DNA from: Chrysomallon squamiferum
Taxonomy: Eukaryota; Animalia; Mollusca
Direction: 5' to 3'
Length of the DNA stretch: 64,000 bases
Assembly: GCA_012295275.1 (NCBI GenBank)
Contig: CM022676.1
Span: 17,112,001 to 17,176,000 of the forward strand
Both the position numbers and the translations under genes were made by a program. This document shows positions 26,932-40,740 of this stretch, piece after piece. The notes beneath the pieces were generated by a model. It saw only the letters and a list, made by a program, of their open reading frames with translations. It had not been told where the DNA came from and ran no database searches. Every line of letters begins with the position of its first letter. Position 1 is the stretch's first letter.

Positions 26932-27849
26932 AAGCTGATTCGTCCTATTTATAAGCAAATCAACAAGAATAATCCGCACAATTTCACTAATGAGAATCCT
27001 CTGTTATAACCATCGTAATGGTGTGTGTTCAGTGCTGATGCCTTTAATAAGTCTTACATGAATTACAAATAATCAAAGAGTCAAACAAGGAAACCAACAA
27101 AAAACTAAACTCTCTAATAAATACGAAACTATTGCATCATTAATATATCTCATTTGAATTTAGCTTATTTTAAACCTGTCTTGTTAGTTAACTATCCAAC
27201 TCAATCCTGATATTATTTTCTTTGTTTCATTTATTACTAAAGGCAAATAAAGATAGATACACACTTCAGTAGAATACCATTAAACACACGGATTATAATT
27301 TTGATGCCAACACATTAAAATACTTTGTTACTGATACACAATGAAATAAAATAAAATATAATAAAATGTCACATGTAAACTGATATTGACAGCTGATTCC
27401 AGCATCCTCTGAGTGATCACAGTTGTGTTTTCCCCAGCCAGGAAATGAACACTTTTCAACACTTTCTTCATTTCCATCACATCTCAGATCATCAACCCAT
27501 ATTTGTCCAGTTCCCTCTCCAAAGTGAGCAACACTATATGATGTTGCTTTAAAACTTCAAAAGAAATGAATAATATGTACAGTTTAATGAATGTTATACA
27601 ACATTGTTTATTAAACATCTTCAACAGATTTCATTTTAGTCTCCAAATTATGAGAAAAAAGTCATTACTTTCTAAGTGATTCCAGCAATGTTTAATACAA
27701 GAATGCGTTGATACTGAAAAGATAGTTTAAATATCCTAAGTGAATTGCGATTCTTCATCATCACTACAGCAATTTTTTGTTTGTTTTGTTCGCTCTTCTT
27801 CGCCTTCTTCTTCTTCTTCTTCTTCTTTTTATTATTATTATTATTGTTG

Positions 27850-27931
<82 letters not shown>

Positions 27932-28161
27932 CGGTATTGTTATTTTTATTAAATGAGTAAAACAATCAATAAAAAGTTCAGGAAAATAAATATTATGAAT
28001 CATTCTTTGGAAAAGTGTTCAACAGAAGTGCATTTAGTTCTAAGGTTTTCAGAAGAATACTCTTATTTTCTAAATTGTTTCGAAACAATTTTAATGGACA
28101 ATGTTTGATACAATAATACCATTAATATAGCCTATATATAATTAACAGCATTATATGCATT

Positions 28162-28196
<35 letters not shown>

Positions 28197-28820
28197 AAAC
28201 TACTACCACTACTACTGCTAATACTGCAACTACTACAATTACTATTATTTCCTACAAATATATTTGAAATGTTAAAAATACCATCGAAAGGAATTTTGCG
28301 TGTAATGTATTTGAACAACAATTATTTATCTTATGGTTGTGAATAAAGTTGAATCTACTACGTCTGTAAAATGACTTATTTATTTTATTTCATTAAATAA
28401 CAAAAATAAATAAATAAAAATATAATAAACAAATTACCGACTAAATCCTAACATGTGACATAAAACGGAAGCATCTTTCTCATCAAAATAATCATCACAG
28501 ATTGTTCCCCACGTCCCCTTTACTTGAATCTCAACTCGACCTTGTGTTGGTATTCCTCTTCCATTCACTAACCGTACTAGTACTGAAATAATAACAGGTT
28601 ATATATGATCAGTCAGTTATCACAGCCGAAATTATTCAGAATTAAAACAGTATATACAGAAATATGATAATTGTCATTTACAAAGATAGTTGTTAAAGTA
28701 TAATACAGATACCGTCTTATCTTTGGCGTTGTTGTAGATACCAACATCGAACATTTGTATCATTAACAAGGATTTTAAGTATAGTTATTTTAATGAAAAC
28801 AGAATCATAATAATAAAAAA

Positions 28821-28855
<35 letters not shown>

Positions 28856-28925
28856 AAAACTGAAAGGCTTCAATATGAACTGACACAACCATGGTTAACA
28901 TATAATTAATGAAATAATAATTTAC

Positions 28926-29116
28926 ACCGATGCGTTTATTCCATTTGCCAAAAATATTTAATTTCTTCCCTTACTGGATTCCTCTTTACGTCCAAGTTCT
29001 GTGCTTAAAATGTATATATTTGTTGTTGGTTTTTTTTACTCAGTAATTTAATTTAGCAAATCCAAAGTCAGAATAGAAAATAGTGATAAAGATATTTTCT
29101 TTTCATAAATAACCAT
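28926..29116 (-). pseudogene. Possible decayed leader exons of copy B
   Basis: 29040-29116 reads MVIYEKKISLSLFSILTLDLL.. (weakly signal-like, needs a 1-nt correction). 28926-29003 is a 78-nt phase 1-1 AG..GT segment QNLDVKRNPVREEIKYFWQME*THR with an in-frame stop. Confidence 0.3.
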
Positions 29117-29942
29117 CTGCTTTTATTATTGCAATAATTAATTATAATTCAGTTGTCTAATTTTAAGTTTGGCTTTATTAGTGCTTGCATGAACACAGTA
29201 TAAATCATTTTAAGTAATAATTAATTTTCTTCTTAAATATTTTTTACTTGAATGTATAGTCAGAACGGAAAGCAGTGACATGATTTTATATTTGATAGAA
29301 ATAACAGACTTTTTTATTTTTTTTATTTTATTTTTAAGAATAAATATTATGCATAGCTGACAATTATAATGATTAACAGGACCAGACAATTCAGCTTTAT
29401 AAGTGCATTAATTAAAAGTTATTAATGTGTTTATTATTTAAGTTTAGCTTTATCACTGCTGGAAAGAAAGCATTTTAACTAAGACATTTTTATTTTATTT
29501 TTTTACTCTGAAATATCTCTTAACTGACAAGCGATTTCAATTTAATCAGCAGTAGCTGGAAACAAACAGTTCAGTTGAAAATTAAACTTTTCAGTGTCTC
29601 AGTTGGGCTCAGTTTCAGACTGGAAACGTAAAGAGGTCTTGACTTTAAATAAGTAAATAAATAAAACATTATAAATTTTGTATCACTGATGAAAACAGCG
29701 CATGACCCGGAAACGTTTTAATCACAAAATATCAACACGGTCATGTATCAGATCACACTGAATATTTAAAATTCAAAATGAATTCAAATTGGGAAAACAT
29801 TTTTTTTTTTTTTTAAATATATATATTAATTTGTAAAAGTCGTTCATGCTTGTATGTATGTGCCTTTATTTCTATTAATGTTTGTACGTTTCTCTGTATT
29901 AAGTATGTGTGTATGTACGTAAGTAAATACGCATGTTTATGC

Positions 29943-29974
<32 letters not shown>

Positions 29975-30553
29975 ATCTGTAAATATATATATATATGCAT
30001 GGATGATGAGAGAGGAATCACACCTTTAACCACCTCGGATGTTTTATTAAGGCTCAGTCTGAGGCAACAAGGTGATTTAACAATGAATATAAACGCTAAA
30101 TTGACAGCAATTTATATAAATCAATAAGTATATCTATCCACTAGAGAAATAAAAACAACGCAAGTTAATTTTCAGTTAATTATTTCATTATGATATACAG
30201 GTGACTTGATGTGTACACATTATATAATCAGAAAGCATGTTTGACTAATTTTGATTAATGATACGGTTAAGATCATATGGTGAACCAAGACAAAATAAGA
30301 ATTTGCAAGGAGGACACAATAAAACATTAAAGTTTTAGGTATAATAAAAGTTACTGACACAGGTTAGCTGCACATTACAGACTATCAAAATAATAATAGA
30401 CTATTGCTTACAATGTTCTTTCGTGAAGACAATGGCATTAAAAGAAGTGTGCACGTGCATGTGTGAATATGAGTAGTGTCTATATGGATGCCAATAGTTA
30501 TTATTAATAACAAAAATATATTAAAGTGTTGTTTTCATCTTCAGTTATTATTA

Positions 30554-33500
30554 TCATTTATCGTCGTTGAACTCTTTCCGAATAACAACCTTCGGTTTTT
30601 TTTTTTTTTTTTTTTTGTTTGCTTGAGAGAATGTGATCGAAGTCAAATTCAGATACAAAGTATAAAGATGCTGTGCTACTTGTTGCGGGTAAATTAACTT
30701 TCTGTTACTGCTTAATTGTTTGATGCTGTTGTATTTTGTCATTTCTAAAATTTTATTTTATTCTGTGGCTGTGTAATTTAATGTGAACTATCAGAAACCA
30801 GTAAGGAAGATACAACTAGAGGACCAGATGTAATAACAAAGAATTCAGCACACACAAAAAAATATATATCTACCCCCAACAAATCTATAATTTCATAATC
30901 TTAGTTCTTAAAAGTATTGCAGCTAGTGCATTTCTGTATTATTTAATCTCGAAAAGTGTGAAAATGGACATTGTGTGGTCAGCATGTCAATTTTAGGTGC
31001 ATTTCACTATTACAATCCAAAGAGTACATATTATGTTGTAGGTAACACCTTGACCTTTAATGTTCAATTCAAGTCATTTCCAGGTCAATCAAAAGGTGAA
31101 CATGTTCCAAAATGTAGTTGCTACCTGCTAGTGGCTCATTTGGAATCCTTACCAAATTATCTTTCATCAAAATGTTCCTGCTTATTAGCAAACTACCAAT
31201 CTAAAAATAGTCGCAGTTATGCTCATTTGCGCGAAAATCTCAAAATTCCAGAGCGAATATTATTGAGCCTGTTGTACCAGTATCATCCAACATATATACT
31301 TTTTTCTGTGAATCTTTTGTCGATGCAGACTTATCCATTTTTCAATTCACGATCCTCATAATTCCATACTTCACTGATTCACAATTTTAATTATTATTAT
31401 AACTATCGATTATTTATTTCTTTATAACTATATACACACAAATAATATGATATACCTAAAATGACTGTAGTAAATAAATCCATACATAAGGAAAGAAAGA
31501 CATTTCTTAATCAAAACTGACTACATCAGTCTGTCTCCTTCAGACACAACTACTTTAATTCAGATGCTTATTCCTAGCCTTATATACATGACAAGTTGAC
31601 TGACGCAGTTTATTTCGTAATCGTACGCATCTTTGTTCTTAGTAGTTGGAATGGAACGTATAACACAGATGAGGTAAAACAATACTGTTATCAAGAACAG
31701 TGAAGAAAACCTTTATTTGTATAGTCTGTCTACCTGTCTTTCTATTCATCTTGATTTATCTATCTATCTATATTTATTTATTCCAACTCGTTTATCATGC
31801 ATTAAAATGTTTTTATCTTCACAACAGTACACAATATGCTGCTTCTTTCATGTCAGCGGAATAAATTTGTCATGACTCACAGATCATTGTGTAAATGTGT
31901 TTTATTTATACTCTATTTCCAGTCTCAACTATAAGGCAAAACGAAACTATTTATTATCATACAAGTTCGCACCAAAGCATGCGTCTAAAGTTTTGTGCAC
32001 AAAATGGTCCTACCAATGTTGCATCAGTTGTGAGATAAATGCACTAAAATACACTCAAATAAATACAAAAATAGCATGACCAAGCAAAGCCAGAATTACA
32101 GCCTGTAATAACAAAAACGTTGATATTTTCGGCCCATCTGATTTTGGTGGACAGCTGAGAAGTCAATTTTCTCAGCCTCTTAGGATCCAATAGGTAACAT
32201 TGTCAATATATATTCAGTTAGTTTCTCGTCCTACGCCGTTCTGAGAAAGGTTCCAAGCTTTACATTGTTGTGAGAATCATTTTAATACTATGTCCCCAGT
32301 GGTTGATCTTGTTAATCAAAAAGAATAAGTGCACGAAAATACAGAATGAAAATAATTTTTATACGCAGTTAATTGTTAGGTGGCCTAACCTGCCTCATGG
32401 CTGAACACGCCCTTTACATATCTCTATTGTAGATTAATGTTCATTACTTTGCAGCTTCGTCTCCTTCTTGTTTTATGTTTCAGAACTAAGTAAATATAAT
32501 TTTAAAATGTTTCTTTCGGTTTTCAGATATTTCCGTGTACGTATAATGGTGACTAACGATACTCGCATAACCAGTAAAGCAAGTGTGTGTTGCTTGGTTG
32601 TTGGGTAGATCAGACAAGATAGTGTGGTACACAAAGTTATACTGGAATGATATTTACGATGATCTGAAAAATGCAATGTTAGTGTCTGCGCGAAAGTGTA
32701 CAACAAATATAGTTTATGTTTACATCAAAATTTGTGAGAAGATAAATAATAGTAACTGCTCAACAACAACAACTACTACAACCACAACAACAATAATAAT
32801 ATACCATAGAAAAGGTGAAGAAAAACAATAAAATAGATTATCAGATACATTTAATTATTTCGTTGTTGTTGGACAGGGCAGAACATCTTTCATCAACATA
32901 CCAGCAAAATGCATTTCTTATTAAAATTTTGTGAATTACGTTCATAGCAAATTGATATCATGAACAGACACAGAGATAAAAGAATGTTTCCGAAAATTAA
33001 ATAGCGGAGAGTCGTTTTAACATTCCGCTGTGTTTACCGTGAAAGTCGAATACAATTATTTGACACAGGCATCTACGTGTAAAACTGTATATACAATCGA
33101 AAACTCACAAAATTAGTTGTATATGTTATCTCGGCTGTGAAGTATTAGTATTAATGGCTAGTTTACTGTTAGTTAATACATGACTTTTTATACAAATGAA
33201 TGTTTCTTATTTAGGTCAGGCAGCAATAATCCATTGCTGCAACCGCTACAGCTAAATGTTTGATAGTAGTTAATTACGAACTTCTCTCTCTGCTGGACGT
33301 CAACAAACACCATTACAAATCAACTAAGTTACAGTGGGGCAACATATCAGAAACAGTATAAAATACAGATAATCAACAAAATGCAAATATTATGCAGGGT
33401 ATAACAAACAAAAAAAGTAATGATATCAATATTATCCATTAGATTAATAGCACAGTAACAACGGCACAACTTGACTCAAACAACTGAAAGCATAATTTAG

Positions 33501-33563
33501 AGTCCAAATGACTGTGATTATCCATATTATTGTCCCATTATTGTTTATGATGTTTTTCTTCTT

Positions 33564-33635
<72 letters not shown>

Positions 33636-35894
33636 TTATTTATTAATTAATTAATTATTTCTGAAATATAGTTGTAATTGCACAAAATAAAATTAATGCA
33701 TTTTTATGTTGTAGGTAATATCGTGGAATTTTATTTTGATTTGAGGTCATTTCAAGGTCAAGATGAAACAAAAAGTGAAAATGTTCCTAAATTTAGTTGC
33801 ATCTTTTAAGGATCCTTATCTAACTTATTTTCCAGTGACGTAGCTTCATCAAAATCGGTCCAGTGTTTATCAAAATATTAGGGTCTGAACATTTGGAGTA
33901 ACAAACATTTTTGGGCCAAATGTCAAAAGTCGAGGGTCAATAATATTAAGCTAATATTTTTTAGATTTGAGCAAATATATACAAAATATATACCAAATAT
34001 ATACAAAACTTTTACTGAATCCTTCGCTGATGCAGGTTTAACTACTATTCAGTACACGATCGTCATTTTAGAACACAATTCTATGTCTCACTCATACCGA
34101 TATTTAAATAAAATGGAAAACAATACACATAACTTCAAACAAGATATTCTTGGAATTGTGCTGTGATTTGTTCTTTTAGAAGAAATATAAAAGTTTATGT
34201 TTGTCCGATAACTAGTATATTTAATCGAGAATTTATTTTGTGTATCTAATTTTATTATTACTATTATTAACCTGAAATAACAGTAGGTATAACAAGCAAA
34301 TAAATCCAATTATATTGAAAGAAAGACATTTATTATTTAAAACTGAACAGATGCAAACGCAACTACTTTAATTTAGATCCTTGTACATATTTTTATATAC
34401 ATAATATGTTGATTGAATCTATTTCGCAATCGCTCTGCTGTTTCAAAGCATCTTTGTTGTTAGTAAGTGACACGGATCGTATGGTATGCATAACGAATGA
34501 GAAAAAGGTCAAATAGGTTAACCTACAAAATGTTATTACTAAGAAAAGTAAAGAAAACCTTTCAATGTAGCAATTTACAAGTAATGCATGTCAACATGAC
34601 ATCAAGGCAAAGTAAATACGTTTTTTTATGTTTTTTTTTTTTTTTTTTCTATCTGGCAATATACATACAGATACAAACACATATACAAACATACATATCT
34701 ATATATCAGTTATTTATATATCTATCTCTCTATCATCTATCTACCAATTGATCTATATCTCTGTCTATCTGTCTGTCTATCTAGCTATATCTTTGTCTCC
34801 TCTGTATATCTATCCAACTATCTCCCTCCCTACCTAGATACCTATATATGTGTATATTTGTGTATTTATCTACATTTATTTATTTACACTGACTTAATTC
34901 CTTATTCAATTTCTTATTTAAACATGTATACTTGAACAAATTAAAGCTAAAATTATATGCAGGTACATCTGAGTTTGTGTATCTGTATATTTGTGTGTAT
35001 GTGGGTGAACAATTCATATGTTCGTCTGTTCAGTTGCAGGATTTTCTGGTGCGTACATCTGTACAGATTCAGTTAGTTTTAGATATATTTTTCAGCGAAT
35101 AAATAGTGTATGTGTCTTGAATATAGTAGAAATATAAATAATTACTTCCTATCAAGGAAAAATATAATTAGTGAGTTAAGAACACAGGCACATTCTGAAG
35201 CTGTCATCAGCATATCTTAACCATTAATGTATTTTTTATTTTTTGCTAATCCTATCCATTCAGTTATAATGGAAATACATCTTGCAAAATGATTATTATA
35301 ATCCTGAATGGATACGAACTATATCTACAAATTCTTCATTTCTACTACACCACTGTCAAATGTACAATATTTTTTAAGACACAATTTTATGTTTTCTCAC
35401 AAGGTTAAGTTCTTCAAGGACAGTGGAATATGGTGTTCTATGAGTAGCAAAGCTCATGTTACAACTTGACTGTGCTAATAAAAATGTCAAAATACAGTGT
35501 GATTCATCTGAAACAAATTTAACCTCCTAACAATTTGCTCAAATGATACTCGCCTAACCAGTATAGCGAGTGTGTGTTTGTTTCTTATACAGGTCACATA
35601 AAAAATAGTGTTTGACGAGACAAGAGAGGTATATTTACGACGAACTGAAAAATTCATTCTTAATACACTGTCTGCGCATAAGTGTAGAAATAAATAGAAC
35701 CAGTTGTTTGCATTTGTCTACATTGTCAGATGATAAATAACTGTAACTCTTCGGTAACAATAACAGTAATAAAGATGATGACAACAATAATAATAATGAT
35801 GTTGATAACAATAACAAAAATGATGACGATGATGGGGATAGCAGCACTAATCGTACCATAAAATAAATAAGTAAAAAAATATATGATAATTATC

Positions 35895-35934
<40 letters not shown>

Positions 35935-35954
35935 GTAATAATAATAGTAGTAGA

Positions 35955-35985
<31 letters not shown>

Positions 35986-36673
35986 GTGTATTCTGGTCCG
36001 TTCTTATAGACAGTCACAGTTATTCAGAATCTAAAGCATAGTTTTAGTTACGCCTGCGTGTGTGTTTTCCACGTGTGTGTGTGTGTCTGAAAAATATTTT
36101 AAAATATGCTCTCGGCTGTGGACTGTTCTTAGGTGTCAGTTCATTGGTGAAAGTCAGATACAAATTATAAAGAAACCGTGCTACTTGTTGCGGATAAATA
36201 AACATACTGATAATTTATATTTGTTTGATGGTACGTTGTATTTTCAGATGTTATACATTTTATTTTATTCAATATATTTTAATATGTACAATTATAAACC
36301 AGTAAGTAAGGTAGAACCAAAGGATCAGATCTGATAATCTTAAGAATAAAAAAAAGTAAAATTACAAGTTTTAATAAAATTCCCATCAGGTTCATTCCAT
36401 TCCAGCCTAGAACATTTGTTTACATTAAATCACTAAACGTGTTAAAAAGGACATTTTGTACCTTGTAAGATAATTATAGATATAACTATTTCACAATTCA
36501 TAAACAGACAGACATAAAAAAAAAAAAAAAAAATAGAAAAGAAAAAATAAAAATAAAAATTAATTCCAGGGATAGTTTATCGCAGCCTAAACAAATAGCG
36601 TGTCCACGAAAATAAATGTAAAAGATAATAGTCCTCCCAAGAGTGGTTACCTCTTGAAGCAGCCTGAAACATT

Positions 36674-36705
<32 letters not shown>

Positions 36706-38633
36706 TTGGTGAGAAAATTGGTTCATTTCTTACCTTATGGTTTTGATGATTCTATATATGGAAAAGAAGGCCACACTTTTTAACATTTTAGCACCTAATA
36801 CAAATATAGATCGGAAAATATACCCTGTTAACAGAAACTTTTATCTTTAACAGTAATTATTAATACTTTAAATATCCTGATCTGTTTTTGTCTTATAATT
36901 ATTAATGGTTAACACATATCCCCCAAAAACATTATTAAAAAGTATAATGGACGCAAAACAGAATACTGTTTTTTTTTTTTTATCCGATAATTTGGCACAA
37001 AATAACATGCATGTAAAGTTATAACAAAGGTTATTTTCGACGACTTGGACAAATTATTGTTAATACAAATGTCTGTGCATCAGTGTAGAAAAAATAGTAA
37101 AATGAAGAAATAATAATAATAATAATAATAATAATGGTACGTCATATATTTATAATCCTTTAAGCATCAGTTATTAGTGTTAAAGTGTTTATAAATGGCA
37201 AATTTCTGCTTGAAGTAATATTTATGTCAACAACAAGAACCACTACAACAACAACAATAACAACAACAGCGACACCAATAACAACAACAATAATAGTAAT
37301 TAAGAAAGAAATTAGTAAGAGAGGTACGTCAAATAATTATATTCTCTTTAAGCTCTGTTATTACAGTTGAACTCTTTCCAAACTCTTGTTAACGAAAGTC
37401 GTCTGCTCGTGAAAACGCGACGATATCATTTATCTTACAAGTGACGTTTCTTCGATTATTACGTGTCACTTCGTAGGGGAGAAAGTGAGATGAAAATTAT
37501 GAAGATACAGTGCAGCTTTTTACGAGTAAATAAACATACTGACACGCCTTATTTCTTTGAAGATACGTTGTGTTTTATAATCAAATAATGCCTTTATTTC
37601 TATATAATTTGATATATACAGTCATAACGAAATAAGAAAGGCAAAACTAAACGACAGGATGTTATAATATCAAGAATAAAGAACTAAGAAGATTTCAAAT
37701 TATATTAAAATATCACTCGTGATTCATTCACGTGTCAAATTCCCCCCAAAACACAAAACAAAGTTTTAACTTCACAACTTTAGATTTTTAATAAGCTGTC
37801 CAAGAGAATTGCAATCTCGAGCATGTATTTCCATTAAATCACTAAAAGTGTCAAAATGGACATTTTGTTGTCAGCCTGTGCCCTTTAAGTGTGCTTTACT
37901 ACAAAACTCCTGTTTTACTGCTATTTGTTATTTTTTTAATTTTTATTTTGTAGGTAATATTTTGCAATTTAATTTTAATCTGAGGTCATTTCAAGGTCAC
38001 GTGGGTCAAAAAGTTAGGTTGAAGATAGCAGGGTCTGAAAAGCTGGGAGACATGCCCATCTAAATCTAAAATAAGAAAAATCCGAGAGCAAAGAGCATTA
38101 ACTATATTTTAGAATTCAGCTTCTCATACCAATACCGTTCGACACACTGTGATTTGTTGATGCAGTTTTAACTCTTATTCAATTAACGATTCTCATTTTA
38201 GAACATAATTCTATGTCTCATTGATTCCGAGTTCAAAATAAAATGAACAAAAATACAGCAGTTTGTTCTTTTAAAACATATAAAAAGGCTTACGTTTGTA
38301 CGATGGGTAGTATGTTTAATCGATAATTTACTTTGAGTATCTAATTTTATTATTATTATTATTATTATTATTTATTATTTTACTCTTAAAAACTATATAT
38401 ATACACACACATACATACAATATGACATACCTGAAATGGCCGTAGCTGTAAAGAATAATAACAAAACGAATATAATAATAAAGGTACTTCATATAATTAT
38501 AATACTTAAGACTTCTGTTATTACTGTTAAATTGTTTAGAAAAGACACATTTCTGTTTGAATGGTTTTTCTTTTGTCTCAGCCGCAAGAACCACAACAGC
38601 ATAATTAACAACAACAACAAAAACAACAACAAC

Positions 38634-38723
<90 letters not shown>

Positions 38724-40740
38724 AAGAAGAAGAAATAAGAAATAAAATAATAATGTCATATAATTGAACTAATGTTGAAGTTTTTTCAAATGACAGCTTC
38801 CTGTTTGAAGTATTTTTGTGTTTCGGTGTAATTCCTCTTACTAACAAAAATCGTCTGCTCCAGAAAACGTGACTGAAATCATACATGTTACGAGTCACGT
38901 TTCTTCGGCTCACTGGGTGAAAGTCAGATACAAATGATAAAGAAACCCTGCTGCTTGTCACGGGTAATTAAACACACATATTTGCTTCATGGTACACTCT
39001 GTTTTGTAATTCTCTCATTTTTTTTTCTCTTTAGTTTAATACGTACAATCATAAACCAGTAGGAAAGGCACAACTAAAATACCAGAAATGATAGTATGAA
39101 GAATAAAGACAAAGAAGATTTCAAATTAAATTAAAATATGGCTCAGGTTCATTCACATGTCAATATCCCCCAAAACACAAAATAAAGTTTTAACTTCACA
39201 ACCTTAGATTTTACATTGGCCAATATCATTGTAAGCTCGAACATTTGTTTACATTAAATAAGTAAAGGTGATTTTGTGGTGTCCAGTTTAAGAGTGTTTT
39301 ACTAAGTGAAAAAGTGGGAGACAGACCATTTGTGGCTAAAATGTCAAAACTTCAGAGCCAATAATATTATCCTAATATTTTAACATTTTAGTTGATTATA
39401 CCAATACTATTCTACTTACTAAATTTTATCAGTGAATCTTTTGTTAAAAAGTATTCAGTTCACGATCCTCAGTTTGGAACACAATTCTGTATCTCACTGA
39501 TTCCGAGTTTTATATAAAATGAATACCAATACACATAAATGACGTGATTAATAAATTCAGTGTTGGAATTCTTCTACGATTTGGTCTTTTAATAGAAATA
39601 CAAAAAGTTTACGTTTGACGGACGACTAGTAGATTTAATCAAAAATGTATTTTGTGTATGTAATTATATCATTATTATTACTCAGTATTTCACTGTTAAT
39701 AATTTTATATATAAAAAAAATAAATAAATAAAAAAATAACTTACCTGAAACGGCAGTAGGTATAACAAGTACAAAAATCCAAATATATTGAAAGAGAGAC
39801 ATTTCTTTTTAAAAAAACTGAACAGATGAGTTTGTCTCTGTCAAACGCAACTATTTTAATTCAGATCCTGATTCATATTTTTATATACATAATGTGTTGA
39901 CTGAATCTATTTCGCAATCGCCCTGCTGTTTCAAAGCATGTTTGTTGTTAATAAGTGACACGGAACATATGATATACACCTATCTATCTATATTTTGTTT
40001 GTCTTCCCTGTCTGTGTATCCAACTGTCTCTCTAGCTATTGACCTATCTATATGTATGTTTGTGTATTTGTCTATGTATCAATCTGTTTATCTATGCTTA
40101 TTTATTTATTTATTTATTTGTTTGTTTCTTTATTTGTTTCCTTACTGACTTACTTCCTTATTTAATTTATTTGAAATTGTATACTTGAAAACTGTAAGCT
40201 AAAAGTATGTGCACGTACTTTTGTGTAAATGTGACTGTGTTTGTGTGTGTGTGTATGTGAACGATTCATATGTGCGTATGTTCAGTTACAGGATATTCTG
40301 GTATTTAGTATCTGTACAGACTGGGTCAGTATTGATAAATTCTACAGCGAATAAATATCTTTCGTGTCTTGAATATAATAAACATAGAAATGATTACTTC
40401 CTAACTATCAAGGAAAAATATTATCAGTGCGTTATCAACACGGGCACCTTCTGAAGCTGTTATCCACCTATCTTAACCATTAATGTATTTTAATTTTAGC
40501 ATAATCCTATCCCTTCCGTTATAATGAAAATAAATCTTGCTGTATGATTATTATAATCATGAATGGATATGAAATATATCTACAAATTCTTCATTTCTAC
40601 CCTACAACTGTCAAATTTTCAATATTTTTTAAAACACAATTTCATGTTTTCTGATATGGTTATGTTTTCCAGGGACAGTGGAATTTGGTGTTCTATGAGT
40701 AGTAAAGCTCATATTACAATTTGATTGCTACTAATAAAAA
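30554..40740 (-). pseudogene. Array of about 5 decayed small Ig-type receptor gene cassettes (leader, 27-nt micro-exon, Ig fragment; one TM relic)
   Basis: Leaders at 39745-39802, 38431-38492 (+1 frameshift), 34272-34329 and 31456-31503 (10-nt deletion). Micro-exons at 39047-39073, 37620-37646, 36290-36316 and 30789-30815. Ig-like starts at 38950, 37512, 36180 and 30675. TM-like relic at ~32448-32663. Upstream blocks 34890-35490 and 40140-40740 are paralogous. Confidence 0.6.
39745..39802 (-). other. Intact signal-peptide exon of tandem cassette U1
   Basis: MSLFQYIWIFVLVIPTAVSG|gtaagt, 58 nt, phase 1. Followed by 27-nt micro-exon 39047-39073 and a stop-containing Ig-like exon start at 38950. 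Confidence 0.7.

Larger units (their letters stand above)
13411..28582 (-). pseudogene. Receptor copy B: (SRCR)x4-Ig-Ig-FN3-TM-ITIM tail; SRCR half disabled, 3' half intact
   Basis: Exons: SRCR1a 28438-28582, 1b 27385-27554 (donor GT->AT at 27384), 2a 26552-26696, 2b 26196-26374, 3a 25386-25530, 3b 24638-24813 (TAA at 24705-24707 where C has TCA), 4a 21992-22130 (6-nt in-frame deletion), 4b 21240-21409, Ig1 20232-20486, Ig2 18431-18709, FN3 17941-18240, TM 16937-17050, tail 16517-16550, 14065-14117, 13411-13493 (stop). Confidence 0.8.

Noticed and set aside
27672-28003. Poly-N/Y/I/L ORFs (also 6496-6805, 21641-21889, 38328-38759, 56959-57225, 61291-61554)
   Set aside because: Microsatellite translations of (TAA)n and (TA)n.
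30412-30460. ATG...gtaagc segment as leader exon of copy B (similarly 36734-36786)
   Set aside because: MHVHTSFNAIVFTKEH lacks a hydrophobic core, and the second candidate ends in the wrong phase.
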